This document shows positions 45,800 through 62,899 of a stretch of DNA of 64,000 nucleotides, one piece after another. The position numbers and the translations under genes are program-made. The stretch is taken from assembly GCF_009914755.1 (NCBI RefSeq), contig NC_060930.1; one strand, 5' to 3'. Within the stretch, counting starts at the first letter, position 1. The number at the start of each line of letters is the position of its first letter. The notes beneath the pieces are model-generated. The model saw only the letters and a list, made by a program, of their open reading frames with translations. It searched no databases and was not told where the DNA came from. The DNA is from the human T2T-CHM13v2.0 reference genome, Homo sapiens.

Positions 45800-47108
45800 A
45801 CAGAATTAAAAAGAGCAGAAGAGAATACCAGAAACAACTTTAGGCCAACAAACTAGATAACTTAGATGAAATGAACCATTTAGAAAGGCAAAAATTACCA
45901 AAGTGACTCAAGAAGAAAAGTAATCTGAATAGGCACATAAAAGTAAAGAAGTGGAATTAACAACTTAAAATTATCTTCCCACAGAGAAAACACCAGCTCC
46001 AAATGGGTTCACTGGTGAAATCTTCCAAATATTTTTAAAAAACTAATACCAGCAATTTACAAACTCAAAAAACAGAGAAAAACTAAAACTATATGTAAGA
46101 ACCAAAACTAAATTGCCTTGAAAAGAAAGCAGCAGGAAACTTATTTTATTATCTTGGATGAGGCAAACAATTCCTAGAAATGACACCAAAGTATAATCCA
46201 TAAAGAAAAATAATTGATAAATTGGACTTATTAAAATTTTTTAACTTTGCACTTAAAAAGACACCATTAAGTAAATGAAAAGAGAAACCACAGACCATAA
46301 AAATAGGCAAACTATGTATCTATTAAAGAATTTGTATCCAGAATGTATAAAGAACTCTTAAAATTCAATAAGAAAAAAAAATCAATTTTACAATGGACAA
46401 AAGATTTGAACACTTCACCAGAGAAGATATATGAATAGCTAAAAAGCACGTGAAAAGATGCTCAACATCATTAGTCTTTAGGGAAATGCAAATCAAACCT
46501 CGGAGCTATCACTACATATCCAATAGAATAGCTATAGTAAAAAAGACAGTAACAAGTATTGCCAAGGATGTCAAGATACTGGACCCCACATACACTGCTG
46601 ATGAGAATATTAAATTGTACAGCCATTTAAAAAAACAACTGGAGAATTTCTTTAAAAATTAAACTTACCATACAACCTAGCAATTTTACTCCTAGGTATC
46701 TGCCCAAGAGAAATGAAAATATATGTCCACACAATGGCTTTAAGCACATATTCACAGCGGTGCTATTTGTAATAGCTAATCATTAGGGAGAAGCGCCAAT
46801 GTCCATCAATGGTAAATGGATAAATCAAGTATGGTATATTCACAGAATGAAATACTATTCAGCAATAAAAATGAACAAACTACTGATACATACTACAACA
46901 TGGACAAATCTCAAAAACCTTAAGCTACATGAAAGAAGCCAGATGTGAAAGACTACATATTATATGATTCTACTTATATGCAATGTCCAGGAGAGGCACT
47001 ATCTATAGATACTGAAAGCAGCATGGGGTTAGGGATTGGAACAGAGATTGACTGCAAACAGGCATGAGAAATCTTTTGGGGATGACGAAAAATATTCTAA
47101 AACTAGAA
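45800..47108 (+). mobile_element. L1MB/MC-like fragments (ORF2 pieces plus 3' end)
   Basis: ORF 46450..46662 MKRCSTSLVFREMQIK; L1 3'UTR motifs. Confidence 0.75.
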
Positions 47109-47115
47109 ATTACAC

Positions 47116-47167
<52 letters not shown>

Positions 47168-47179
47168 GTTTAAAAAAAA

Positions 47180-47457
47180 TTTTTTTGAGATAGATTCTTG
47201 CTCTGTTGCCTATGCTGGAATGCAGTGGCATGATCATAGCTCACTGCAGCCTCAAACTCCTGGGCTCAAGTGATCCTCCTTATCTCAGCTTCCTGAGTAA
47301 CTGGGACAACAGGTGCATACCATCATGCCCAGCTAATTTTTTTATTTTTTGTTTCACTATGTTGCCCAGACTGGTCTTGAACTCCTGTCCTCAAGCAACC
47401 CTCCCGTCTCAGCCTCCCAAAGCACTGGGATTACAAGTATGAGCCACAGCACCCAGT
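47180..47457 (-). mobile_element. Alu (J-like), preceded by (CT)n(AT)n
   Basis: Reverse Alu. Confidence 0.85.
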
Positions 47458-47634
47458 CTGAAATTTTTGAAAAACTAAGTTGGGCCTAAAAACGTCTGGT
47501 AGAAGTAATTTCCATACATATGAAAGCCAAGAAATTGGAAAAGACTGTCCAGGGAAAAAAACAGAAAAAGCTTACCATGAGTACTTTAGGGATAGCAGAC
47601 AGTAGCAAACCAAAAATAAATCAAAAGATTACCT

Positions 47635-48067
47635 ACGGTAGATTGCAAAAATGGCCACAATACTATGTAACTCCTCCTATCAGGACTCTTCTCTACCCAC
47701 TGTGACTTGCTTTGGCCAAAACAATGTGTCAGCAGAGGCACTGTACAAGCCCAGATTCCAGACTTCAAGAGGCCTCATGCACTTCCACTCTTGCTGCTTT
47801 TGGAACCCAAATCTAACCACATGTGAACCAGCCTGAGTTGGCTTACTGGAAGAGGAGAGACCATGCAGAGGAAAACCGTGAGTCAGCCAGAGCTCATCAA
47901 AGATACCTGGGTGACTTCCAGCTGTGATGAGCCAAGCCTGACTCAGACCAGACCAAGTGCCCAACTGGGCACAGCCCAGATCACCAACCCACGGAATTGT
48001 GAGATAAATGATTAATGTCTAAGTTACTAAGTTTTAAATGGTTACAAAGAAGCAGCTAATTGATACA
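47635..48067 (+). mobile_element. MLT1-type LTR
   Basis: GGTAGATTGCAAAAATGGCCACAA...GCAGCTAATTGATACA. Confidence 0.6.
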
Positions 48068-48731
48068 CTACAAAGGGGCAGTGATGACTGCTAGACAGCA
48101 TAATGAATCAAATGGTTGAGTTTTGTGAAGTTGTCCAATAAGGATATGCCTCCCAGGCACAAGAATAGAAAAGCAGTCACCAAGTCTGAGAGTTGGCAAA
48201 GTCACTGTGGCAGAAGGACTAATTAATTGCATGAGTGAAGTGAGAATAACAAAGTTTCTCAAAACTGTTGGTCCAAGGGTCTATAGTGAGCAGACTGCCA
48301 AGTGACATTAAATAAGAAGGTAATGACAGACTGACCCCCAAAGAAGATTTTGGTCCTGACGAAGGTAAGAAGGAAACTCATTAAGAGCTCACAATAAGGT
48401 CCAGAGACAGAAGCAGGTATGATCAGAGAAGGACATGGCAGAATTCAAGATCTTGGTATGAGAGTAGTTCTAAGGCATGATACAATATGCACAAGGAGGA
48501 AGGATGGTTGGATGAATGGATGGATACGTGAATGAACAGATGGGGGGATAGATAAATAAAGAGCTACAGATAAACATAAATCGATAAGAAAAATTACTTA
48601 CATAAAGATTAGAAAGTTCCCCTTATATCTAGGCTTTCCTTATAAATTTTCTGCTGTCCTTTTAAGTTGGTCAAACCATTTTCACTGTTTTTGCATTTTT
48701 TTATTTCTTTTTTATATTTATTTTATTTTTA

Positions 48732-49143
<412 letters not shown>

Positions 49144-49223
49144 TTAAATATACTGTCAGGTAATGTTTTATACACTCAAAATGACAGAAACTTCTTAAAG
49201 TAAAATAAATTCCACATTACCCC

Positions 49224-49227
<4 letters not shown>

Positions 49228-49267
<40 letters not shown>

Positions 49268-49285
49268 CATATATACACACACACA
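49228..49285. repeat. (CA)n/(TA)n microsatellite
   Basis: Seen directly. Confidence 0.9.
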
Positions 49286-49519
49286 TTTTTATGCAATATA
49301 TTTTTATGGATATATATAAAAATATGTACATATATATTTCTTAACCAACTTCACTGAGATACAAGGTACATAAAATAAATTGCACCCATCTAAAGCAGCA
49401 ATTCTCAAAATGTGGTCCATAAACCTCTGGACCACAAGACTCTTTTAGGAATCCACAAAGTAATTTCATAATAATAAGCCATCTTAGTTTTACATTTTTG
49501 TAGCAATGTTAATATTATA

Positions 49520-52070
<2,551 letters not shown>

Positions 52071-52436
52071 ATTCAAATATACCACCACATTTCTCAAAAT
52101 CAGTTAAACAGATTACCAAAGCACAGCATTTGGCTCTCATTTGGCATTAATGCATAAATTATACATAAAAATTGCCTCAAATCTTTCCTTTTAAGCTTAT
52201 GACAGTTAAAGCAATACCACTTGGCACTAATGTGACTGTAAGTAAAACACAAATTCAGGAACTGGAATTGGATGACAGTACTGGTTATAAGGTAAAATGG
52301 TTACGAAATAATTCAGAATTATTTTTAGATTACAAATTGAAATACAAACATTAAATATCAAACTTTGATTTAAAACTCTCAAAGGATGAAAGTCCTTTAA
52401 ATTAAAAAAAAAAAAGTCAGGGATATTTTCAACTCA

Positions 52437-52756
52437 TTTTCTTTTTCTTTTTCTTTTTTTTTTTTTTGAGATAGATTTTCACTCTTGTTGCCCAGGCTGG
52501 AGTGCAATGGCACGATCTCAGCTCAGCTCACCGTAACCTCCACCTCCCAGGCTCAAGTGACTCTCCCACCTCAGCCTCCCAAGTAGCTGGGATTACAGGG
52601 GGCCCGCCACCACACCTGGCTGATTTTGTATTTTTTAGTAGAGAAGGGGTTTCTCTATGTTGGTCAGGCTGATCTCAAACTCCCAACCTCAGGTGATTTG
52701 CCCTCCTCGGCCTCCCAAAGTGCTGGGATTACAGGCATGAGCCACCGCGCCCAGCC
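52437..52756 (-). mobile_element. Alu (Sp/Sq-like)
   Basis: TSD TTCAACTCATTTTCT. Confidence 0.9.
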
Positions 52757-52845
52757 AATTTCAACTCATTTTCTAAAGTGTCTGATCTGTGTATCCATGA
52801 AGTAAACACAGGGTAAGACATAAGTAAGGTATAACTATATGTCTA

Positions 52846-53193
<348 letters not shown>

Positions 53194-53279
53194 TTAAGGA
53201 AAAGAGGGATACAGGATATTTGGGGAAGTTAGCAAATTCATGAGAATTGAGAATGAAACTGACTTGTAGAAAACTTCAA

Positions 53280-55860
53280 ATATTCATTCATTCATCCAAC
53301 ATTTACTGAGCTTCACTATGTGTCAGATTCTAAACTAAGAACTGGGGTTTTAGACTGCCTTTAAGAGTCTCACAATAACAAAAAAAAAACACTAAATTGT
53401 TACTACGAGGCGGGAGTCATGAAAGTTTCCCTAAGGAGATAACTTATGAACTGGACTTTCAAGAAAGAGCAAGAGTTACCCTTTTTTTTTGTTTTGAGTA
53501 TTTTTGTTTTTGTTGGAGGTGTATGAGAAAAGAGAGGAAAGAAATAGGAAGAGGCTTTCTTAGTTGGAAATAACATGGACAAAAACAATAATCCTAAAAG
53601 ATCATGGTCTGTTTGAAGAATTATAAGAAGTGTGGACAAATGGTAGACTCGACCTATCACAGGACATCAGTACAAGGAACCCTTTGACATTATACTAAGA
53701 ATGAACTTTATGATCTTGAAAGAAGTGGGAAGCTACTGAAGGATTTTAAGTAGGGGAGAAATATGCATTCCCCAACTCTTTCTCCCTTGCCTACCTCTAC
53801 TACAGACACTAGAAAAGATAAAACCTCACATCCCAAGCCTCCTTTATAGTGACAGATGGCCTGTGACAGTTCTGGCCAGTGAAGGGTAAGCAGAAATCTA
53901 ACTGAAAAGTCTTCTGGCAAATATTCAGATTTTCTGATAAATAACCATGGCTGGCTCTGCCCCTTCCCTTCCTTCCTTCCTTGAATTTAGACACCATATC
54001 TGTAACTGTGCCAACCATTCTCCAACCACAAGAGAATGACAAGATTATCCCAAATATACTGAAAATGACATGGTAGAACTGCTCAAGCAAAGCCTGTGGC
54101 CATCTCTAGCCTTCTTGTTATGAGAGAATAGAAATCCCTGTTTATTAATAACCCATTTTAAGTTGGGTTTTCTATTACTTAAATCTGAATGTCTCCATAA
54201 CTTATAGAAGTTTTAATAATTAATTTGTATTTTCAAATGATCTTTATTAAATTGGTGTGGATGAGTTGGGGAAGGGGATGCAGAGAGACTTGTCCAGAGG
54301 CTTATTATAGGGCTTGAACCAAAGAAACAGCAATGGGAATACAACGAAAGGCAGAGTCCAGAGATATTTAAAAGAGAAGACAGATGGGACAGGATGGATG
54401 AGGGAGCCATCTATTCTATCTTCTATATTCCTAGTTTGAAAAACTGCAGGGGTTTGGGGACTGGATGTGAGAATATTGCCATTCTCCAAAATAGATGCAT
54501 AAGATGTGGTAAAAGACTGATGATTCAGTTTTGCACATGTTCAGTTTGAGATGCCAATGGGACATCTATGGGAAAATGAGGAAAAAGCAGGTGACTCTGA
54601 ACCTAGAGATCAAAAGTGAGGTCTAAATTTGATAGGCAGATTTCAGAGTAACCATGATATGGGGATAAACTAAAACAGTGAGTATGGTGAGATCCCACAA
54701 GTAAAATCTAAATAAGCAAAAATGAGGCCCAGCAAACCTATTGCCAGAAAGTAGTGCTTGGTTGAGCAGCACATATATGAAAATTGGAAAGATACAGAGA
54801 AGATTAGCATGGCCCCTGCACAAGGATGAAACACTGAAATATAAATTTGTGAAGCATTCCATATTTAAAAAAAAAAAAGAATGAAGATTAGTGGCTGCCT
54901 ATAGGTAAAGGATGAAGGAAGGAGGGGAATAGGGAATAATTGCTAATGGGTATAGGTTTATTTTGGGGGTGATGAAAATGTTCTAAAATTAAATTGTGAT
55001 GATGGTTGCACAACCTTGTGAATATACCAAAAACCACTTAATTATACACTTAAATGGGTGAACTGTATGGTACGTAAATTATATCTCAATAAAGCTGTTT
55101 TCTTCTTTTAAGTAGGCCCAAGACAGGGAATATCAAGTTATAAGTAGGAAGAGGATTCAGTGCAGAAACAGAGAGAGCCAGGGCCAGAAAGGGGCAGGGG
55201 ATTAAGAGGGTGTTGTCTAGAAACCAGGAAGGAAATATCAAGAAGGAATCAGTGGCCAATAGTATCAAATACTGGATAGATCAACTAAATTAAAGACTGA
55301 AACAATCAATATATCAATTTGGAAATCATTGGTGACCTAAGTGTGAGTGATTCTAAATAGTAGCAGCAGAAGCCAGATTAAATTGAGGAATAAGTGAGAG
55401 GTGAGGAATAGAAGGTAACAAAGAAGCTTTTTCAGGAAACTTTTCTTGTCAAGAGAAGAGTTGGTGACATAGGGAGGTTTTGTGCTGTTGCTGTTATTTC
55501 CAATAGGAAGCACATATGATGTTTATAGGTAAGGGAAAGGAGCCAGCAGAGAAGGAGCAATTGAGGATAAAGAAGGAGGGGATGACTAATAGAATATCCC
55601 CCAAGATGGGAAGAAAAGAATTCACAACATAAGCATAAAATATCAGTGTGGACGACAGATGAATTTTTCATTGGACTGGGAAGGAAGGCTAAGATGCCAG
55701 TTAGTTCGTAGGTGCAATAAGTTTAAGGAGCTATTACTTGATACATTAATTGTGAGTCAGGAGATAAAAAGTCACTGGCTGAAGGTAAGGGAGTAGGCCT
55801 GAGGATTTCATAGGAGGGTAAACATTTAGGAATAATTATTATAGGAGAGAAATTTTAAAG
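53280..55860 (-). mobile_element. Fragmented L2 hosting an MLT1-like LTR (~53760-54200) and an L1MB-like 3' end (~54730-55100, +)
   Basis: CATTCATTCATCCAACATTTACTGAG L2 3' end; purine-rich L2 body; L1 TATCTCAATAAAGCTGTT terminus. Confidence 0.6.
54754..54878 (+). pseudogene. U6 snRNA retropseudogene with A12 tail
   Basis: GTGCTTGGTTGAGCAGCACATATA...GATACAGAGAAGATTAGCATGGCCCCTGCACAAGGATG...GTGAAGCATTCCATATTT is a full-length diverged U6 followed by poly(A). Confidence 0.92.
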
Positions 55861-56231
55861 GAAGAAGTTGAAAAGTTGCTACATACATTTCAAATACTTT
55901 CAAAAACTTTAATGTATTTCAGTCAATAAAAAGGTCTTTTACATAATGAATTACCTGCAAATTTATTATACTTCATATTAAAATTTGTAATGACCACACT
56001 AAACACATGAGCAAGTTCCCATAAATCCCTGGAGAGATGGTGTCTGCAGTCAGAATATAACCCAATGATGCTGATCCTTGGACCTCAAAAATATGGTACC
56101 CATCAAAAACTCAGCCTCGGGGTCACCAGAAAGGCCCCCAACTGGCCATTTTCCAAGGCCCTCTGCAGCAGAGGCCATAACTCTTTGTTCTCCCTGGGTG
56201 AAAGAAGAGTGATTGGACGGTTTTGTTATAG

Positions 56232-56572
<341 letters not shown>

Positions 56573-56872
56573 TGCTTCTCTTAAGAGGACTCACAGCAGA
56601 TGCCCTCCTAAAGTGTTCAAATAAAATAATGTTATGTCAAAGCCTTTTGTCAACTGTCATGTAGTATACACGAATCATTTTTATTATAGCTGACACTTAT
56701 GTCTACTTCCAGCACTATATTCCTTTATGCAATCTCAAGAGTCCCTTTCTCTAACCATACTGGTGTACACCAAGCTCTGAAAACAGGCATGTGCTTTCCT
56801 AAATCTTGTCTATCCTCATGCCCTTATACCAACCTGGGATTTTGCTCTCATTTCTCTGAATCTACTCAGGTA

Positions 56873-57697
56873 CAGTGGACCCCACTTATCCACCACAGAT
56901 CCATTCCAAGACCCCAGTGGATGCCTTAAACCATGAATAGTACTAAACCCTATACATACTATGTTTTTTTCCTATACATACTATGTTTTTTTCCTATACA
57001 AACACACCTATGATAAAGTGTAATTTAATTAAGTAAATCTGATGCAACACATTGCCATCAATCAGAATATGTTTTCTATTCATGTCTTCCACCCACATAT
57101 TTAATGTCTTTTCCATCCTAACTAAGCACTCATCATGCCCTGTGGCCATAACTTTTACAGTTTAAAGTGTGACAGCAAAACTATCAGGAATTTCTTTTTC
57201 CTTCTTCACAATTTCACAGATAGAAGATTCATTCTTGTGGTATATCTCAGAAGCTTCAGCATACGATTTTTTTTTCCTTTCCTTACTAAGTCAAGAAGTT
57301 TTACCTTTTCACTTTAAGGAAGCATTTTGTGGCTTCTCTTTGGCATATCTGAATTGCCAGCATCACTACTCTTGCACTATGGGGCCATTATTAAGTAAAA
57401 TAAGGGTGACTTGAACACAAGTGTGGCAATACAGTTGACGGTAAACCTGATAACTGAGATGGCCAGAGTATAAAGTATGTATTTGCTAGACTAAGGGATG
57501 ATTCACATGTTGGGCAGGACAAAGTGGGATTGGAGCAGGGCAGCTCAGGGTTCCATCGGGCTACTCAGAGTGGCACGCAATTTCAAACTTATGAATCCTT
57601 TATTTCTGTAATTTTCCACTCAATATTTTCACACCACAGTTGGCCACGGGTAACTGAAGCCATGAAAAGCAAAACCACACAGAAGAGGGGACTACTG
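56873..57697. mobile_element. MER44-type (Tigger7-derived) DNA transposon
   Basis: TA|CAGTGGACCCC...GGGGACTACTG|TA terminal inverted repeats with TA duplication. Confidence 0.8.
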
Positions 57698-60600
57698 TAC
57701 TTACCATACAACCTTCAGGCTTCAGCATAAATATCACTCCTCTTGGAAGGCTTCTCTAACCACTTGAGCTAGAAGCAACCATTTCACCAGAACTATTCCA
57801 ACCATTCCTTTTCTATACATAATTTGTTACTTGGTATTTACGCTAATGATGCTTTTTTCTTTACCTGCCTTAAGCACCTAGAAGACAGGAATCATGTTTT
57901 CATGGTGCCTCTACAGCATGACACTTTGTATGTAGTAGATACTTGGCCTATTACTTCTGGAAGGGGATCAGAGATCATTCTCACATTACCAGTCATAATA
58001 CAAAATCTAAGTATCAGTGACAAAAGAGACTTGACCAAGGTGACACAGTTAGTTTGTGGCAGAGCTAGAACCCAAAACCAGAATTTTGAACTCATATTCT
58101 TATAATCCTTACATTATGCCAATAATTATTGTTATTACCCTAGTTCCATTTTGCCATCCAGATCTCAAAGAGAGTCATTCTTGAGCCTTAAGATTACATA
58201 AAGATGCAAACTTCTCTGGAAAATATTTTGTTTCAATTCTAATCTAGATGAATTTAATTGGCTTGGATGCATGAAAAAAAGTGAGAGTTTTTGTTTGTTT
58301 GTTTTTGTTGTTTTGTTTTTGTGTTTTGTCACCATGTAGCTAAAGTCAGCGTTAATTATATGGTAGTGTTGACTCTGGTATGATAAACTCTGTGAATAGG
58401 ATTAATTTGTCTTTTTTACATATGTATTGGCTGTACACTTTTACACAGCAGCCTCCGATGCTCTCATTGCATTTGTGATTCATAGTTGGAAACGGCACAG
58501 CAGTTCAGTTAGCATAACAGAAAAAACCAGTAACTATAAAATTTCAGCACTGACATTGGGAGTGACCTAGAAGGAACTGTCAAGGGCAGGGGCTCCATCT
58601 CTAACCCTTTGTTAGCCCTATTGTCTAACACAGTACTTTGGACAGAAAGAGAAAATAAATGTGTTTATTTGAAAAATAATTGGGTGACACTCAGTGAATA
58701 CTACATCATGTGCACACTTACAACTTATGGCTGATTTAATTAGTGTAAATTAATTTAGACCTAAAACGTAACTCTAGACAAATTATTTATTTATAAAGAT
58801 AACCTAATTATAAAGGATTTCTCAATAATAAACTATCACTTTCCCTAATCCACTAAATTAGGTAATTCTTAATGAAAGATGAAAATTTAATGAGATGCTG
58901 TGAAATGTGGTTATTTTGCTGGCCATTCTCCAATGATTTGGTACAGGGACACTTGAGGAACATAATGAGGACAACAGGGCTTAGGTGGACCATTGTTTCA
59001 TTTAGGATAACTTACATAATCACTGGAAAAAAACTAAAGGATTTGCCAGTTCAGTATTATAAGAAATGTCAACTAAAAACTCAATTTCTTTCAGTGAAAA
59101 TTTTGGGCATATTATTCTCTGGGCTGTGAGTGACACAATTCAACACCAGAGGACAGACAATACGTAGCCAGATAATTCTTGTGTTACTCAGTCCTTATCT
59201 TGTTATGTGAGTCTTTGGGAACTGCTTAACTCTTTTGGTTCCTTTGCCTGAAACAGGAAATAGAGATATTTACTCAAAAATTGGTAGATATAGAACACAC
59301 TCTTCTCCTTCCTTATGTCAGACAAGGCTTCCCTTATTCCACTGAGCTCATGAATAGGGATTATTTACCACTATTCACTCTGGATATTCTCAAAGGGCAT
59401 TATAATAGTCTCCATTCTACTGAAGTACTCCCAAGACCCTTTCTTATAATCTAATGGTACCTCAATTACCCATATCACTTTCTGAAATTTCCTTAAAATC
59501 AGGATTGTCACAGCCTGACTTTCACCACAGGAATCTAGGGTAACAGTTTACCATTATTTAAAGTCACAGCATAAAGCATTATAAATCCTCAGGAAAAGTA
59601 CACTTCTTAGATAACAGGATTCTAGAAACCAGAATGAACGCTTGGTTTCTAGACTGTCTTGCTACATCAATGTGAAATCACTTCTCTTCATTAGCTGTTT
59701 AGCATAACAAGAACAAAAACACTGTGTAAGTGTTTAATATGCATACATAAAACACATATTTCTGTCTATTACTGAAATGAAGTTACACTGTTCAGGCCTT
59801 GCTAGCTGCATTAATTATTTCACATTCTCATATGCTATTTATGAACATTTAGAAGACTACTAAAAAGCTAGTAAAGTTTGCAAGTATGTGAAAATAAAAA
59901 GGGTTGGCAGTTATGGTTCCAAAACTTATTATAAACATCTATATTACTTATTTCTAGCTTCATGAGGAAGAAACTGAAAAAATGTGTTTATTATATACTT
60001 AGTGAGGAGAAAATAGCTGGAGCTCCTCAGATGAGGAAGGTGGCTTTTTTCCCTACTGCAGAACTTTCCCAAAGCAAACTGAGTCCTGGTGCGATGATTT
60101 TTTCTCTAGGAGTATTTCTCTGACTACCTGAAAAGGAACCGGCTAAAACTTCCTGTGCAATTGGACTCCTTCCTGGGCGTGTGGGTACCAGAAGCAATAC
60201 ATTCTGCCAAGTAGAGCATCAAAGTACTCACTGAACTTCTTCATCTGTACAAGGGCTAGCCCAAAGCTTTTTCATGGTTCAAAGTGAGTCAGCAGATCCT
60301 AAACTCATTTTCCTCCTTTGACCATGGTAGAAATGCTGAAAGTGAGTTAATCTACTTACTGAGAATGGAAGGAGAAACAGAAAGTACTAAATTCTTAGTT
60401 CAATATGACTATGATTTGTCAGAAATCAAAATATTTTCTTGAATAATTATTTTGCAGCAGCTACTACTAAAAAGCAACAAGAATATTCATTATGCTACAC
60501 AAATTCTATTTTTTAAAATATGTTTAAAACCAAGTAAATTCAGAGGTATTTCTCAAAGAGAAAATCTTGCAGAAAATGGCATCTTGATAGAAAAGAGAAA

Positions 60601-61024
60601 AGAAAAATATTCCCTATGTTTTCCTTAAGGGAAAATATTTCATTTATGTAAGCAAAGTAGTGATGAAACATGACATTCTTTTGCAACACAGTCCCATAAT
60701 TTTCACTTATAAATGGCATTCTTTGAGTGGTTTATCAAAACAGCTTGCTGATGGGTAGCCCATCAACAAATTAAACTAATATTGCATTTAAATTTTTCAG
60801 AAAAAAATTCAAACCGAATCCATTTTGTTTCAATTTGTGACTTACATTTTTAGCACAAACTCCAGGGCAATTTTTAAAAGCCTGCAAAGATCCAGTAAGA
60901 GTTGAGATTTAGCAAATGTTGAATTCTGAGCGATGTCCTGAGAATGTGCATTTTTCTTTTCTGCCCAACTCTGAGTTCTATTTGCCCAGTTTCAGGAACT
61001 AGCACCCACTAGGAGATTTTTTTT

Positions 61025-61160
61025 TTCATTCATTCATTCAATAAATATTTATTAATAACCCACTGTATACAAGGCACTGAGCCAAATAGTGGGGATACAG
61101 CCCTAAACAAGAAAGATATGGTCCTGCCCTCAAGGAGCTCACAGTCTAGTAGACAAGGCA
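61025..61160 (-). mobile_element. L2 3' end fragment
   Basis: CATTCATTCATTCAATAAATATTTATT...GCCCTCAAGGAGCTCACAGTCTAG. Confidence 0.7.
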
Positions 61161-62831
61161 AATACCACACAAAGATGTCAAACTGTACCAGGAATCTTAT
61201 GAAGTGAGTTAAGGCATTAAACAACTACCCCCAGCTTTCCTAACCAAATGCAAGCTCAGAACAAAAATATTCAACTGAGAGATAATTAAACAAGACATAG
61301 TTGTATCTCATTTTTTGTTTGTGCTTTAGCTGAAATATCTGATGGCTAGTATAATAATCCAAAACAGGATTATTATTCTTGTTCTATCATTTATGTGTGT
61401 GGAACTGGGTATCTCTTTTTAAAATCAAAATCTTATATTTTGGTGTTTGCACTCTGTCAATTATTTACTTCTCATCACATCTGAATGGGCTGTTCTATTG
61501 AATTAATCTCATATTCAAAAATTGTTGCTTTACGATAGTCCCGGTTTTTGATGTTTTCCATAAACTTTAATTAAGTAATTTAATAAAGACTTGGAAATTT
61601 GCAAACATTATCGTTTATTTTTATACATTTTAAAATTCAATTTTACAAAATATAATGATAGCTACCAAATACTGAATACTTATTATGAACTAAGTGGGAT
61701 TTTTCTTTACACAATTTCTTGTAATTTCCTCCACCCTCCCATAACCCTGCAAGGTACTAATGGCCCTATCTTACAGATGGGTAAATCGAGGCACCGAGAT
61801 GTATCACACAGCTAGTTAATGTAAAGCCAGGAATGGAACCTCTGATTACCTCACTTATCCTCTCAAGAATCCTAAACTGAATAGAGTTCTCACCTTCCAG
61901 GGCTATATACAGTAGAATTACTCTTTGTGCAACATTTTAATGATATTGCAATAATACAGTTAAAGTTTTTAAGCAACTAGAACCCAATAAAACATCTAGG
62001 GTGGCATAAAATATCTGATTAACTAATGAAATGAAAGGCAAGATAACTTCAGGTAAATGGAGGGCGTTTAACTATGAAGTCTTTGCCAACATGAGTAAAC
62101 TGCACCAAGCAGCAACCTCCAAGCCTGGCGGCGTGCAACTTTCCTAAAAAGAGGGGAAATTATCTTAGGATAAGTGGAGGTTGGCCTGAAAACTCCTAAA
62201 GAAATCCTAGGTCAAGGAGCGCTTGTGTTTCTTCAGTGGAGCTGGTTCCTGGGTGCAGTGATTAGGAGTTACTTGCCCTAGAGGGATGGTCCACGTTTTG
62301 AGAGTGGAGACTAGCACAAGCATTTAAGCACACACTACCATCATCGCTTTGCAAAAATCATCAGATGGTCCCCAATAAAACATGGAGAGCTTTAGGAGAA
62401 AACAGAAATGTAAACTTGAAAATCGAAAATGAAATGCATATGGATCAAATTGTTCTGCACTAACCTCTTCGTTTATCCAAGTGAACAACCAGAGTCAACT
62501 GACAGCACCCAGAAAACACTTCCACCAGCAAAATATAAACTGTAAACTCAAGTGACATCCACCCTGTGGCTAAGTTTTTTAAGGTCTGCAGCACTTTTAG
62601 GGTTTGCCTTTTCCCCTCTTGTACAACAGCTCCACTACACAAGAAATTTGCTAAAACCGTTCGCTGGGCACTAATATGAAATCACTTAAAAGGAAACATG
62701 CCACTTTCGGCTAGGGGACAGCATGTTCGTCATTCAGTGTCCTACTGGTTTCTTAACACGCATATAATTAATATTGGTACTCAGGAAAGAGAACTTCTTC
62801 TGACCTTGAGCGTGCGCGCTAAATAAATTAC

Positions 62832-62866
62832 CTCAGAACGAAAGTGGTGCGATCTCAAAACAGCAT
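62832..62866 (-). CDS. DST: Dystonin coding exon 2, 35-nt microexon ((D)AVLRSHHFRSE)
   Basis: Acceptor tcttttctccccag|ATGCTG, donor GAG|GTAATT. 181+35=216 nt restores phase 0 and joins exon 1 to exon 3 in frame. Not visible in the ORF track. Confidence 0.93.
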
Positions 62867-62899
62867 CTGGGGAGAAAAGAGATAAATGAGACTTCATTT

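Noticed and set aside
54754-55100. U6-L1 chimeric retrogene or functional U6 gene
   Set aside because: L1 sequence continues on both sides of U6 and a poly(A) separates them, so U6 inserted into an older L1. The copy has many substitutions and an internal insertion.
55945-55975. Recursive splice site (minus strand TTTGCAG|GTAATT) in the long intron
   Set aside because: The polypyrimidine tract is poor; such motifs are expected by chance in 53 kb.
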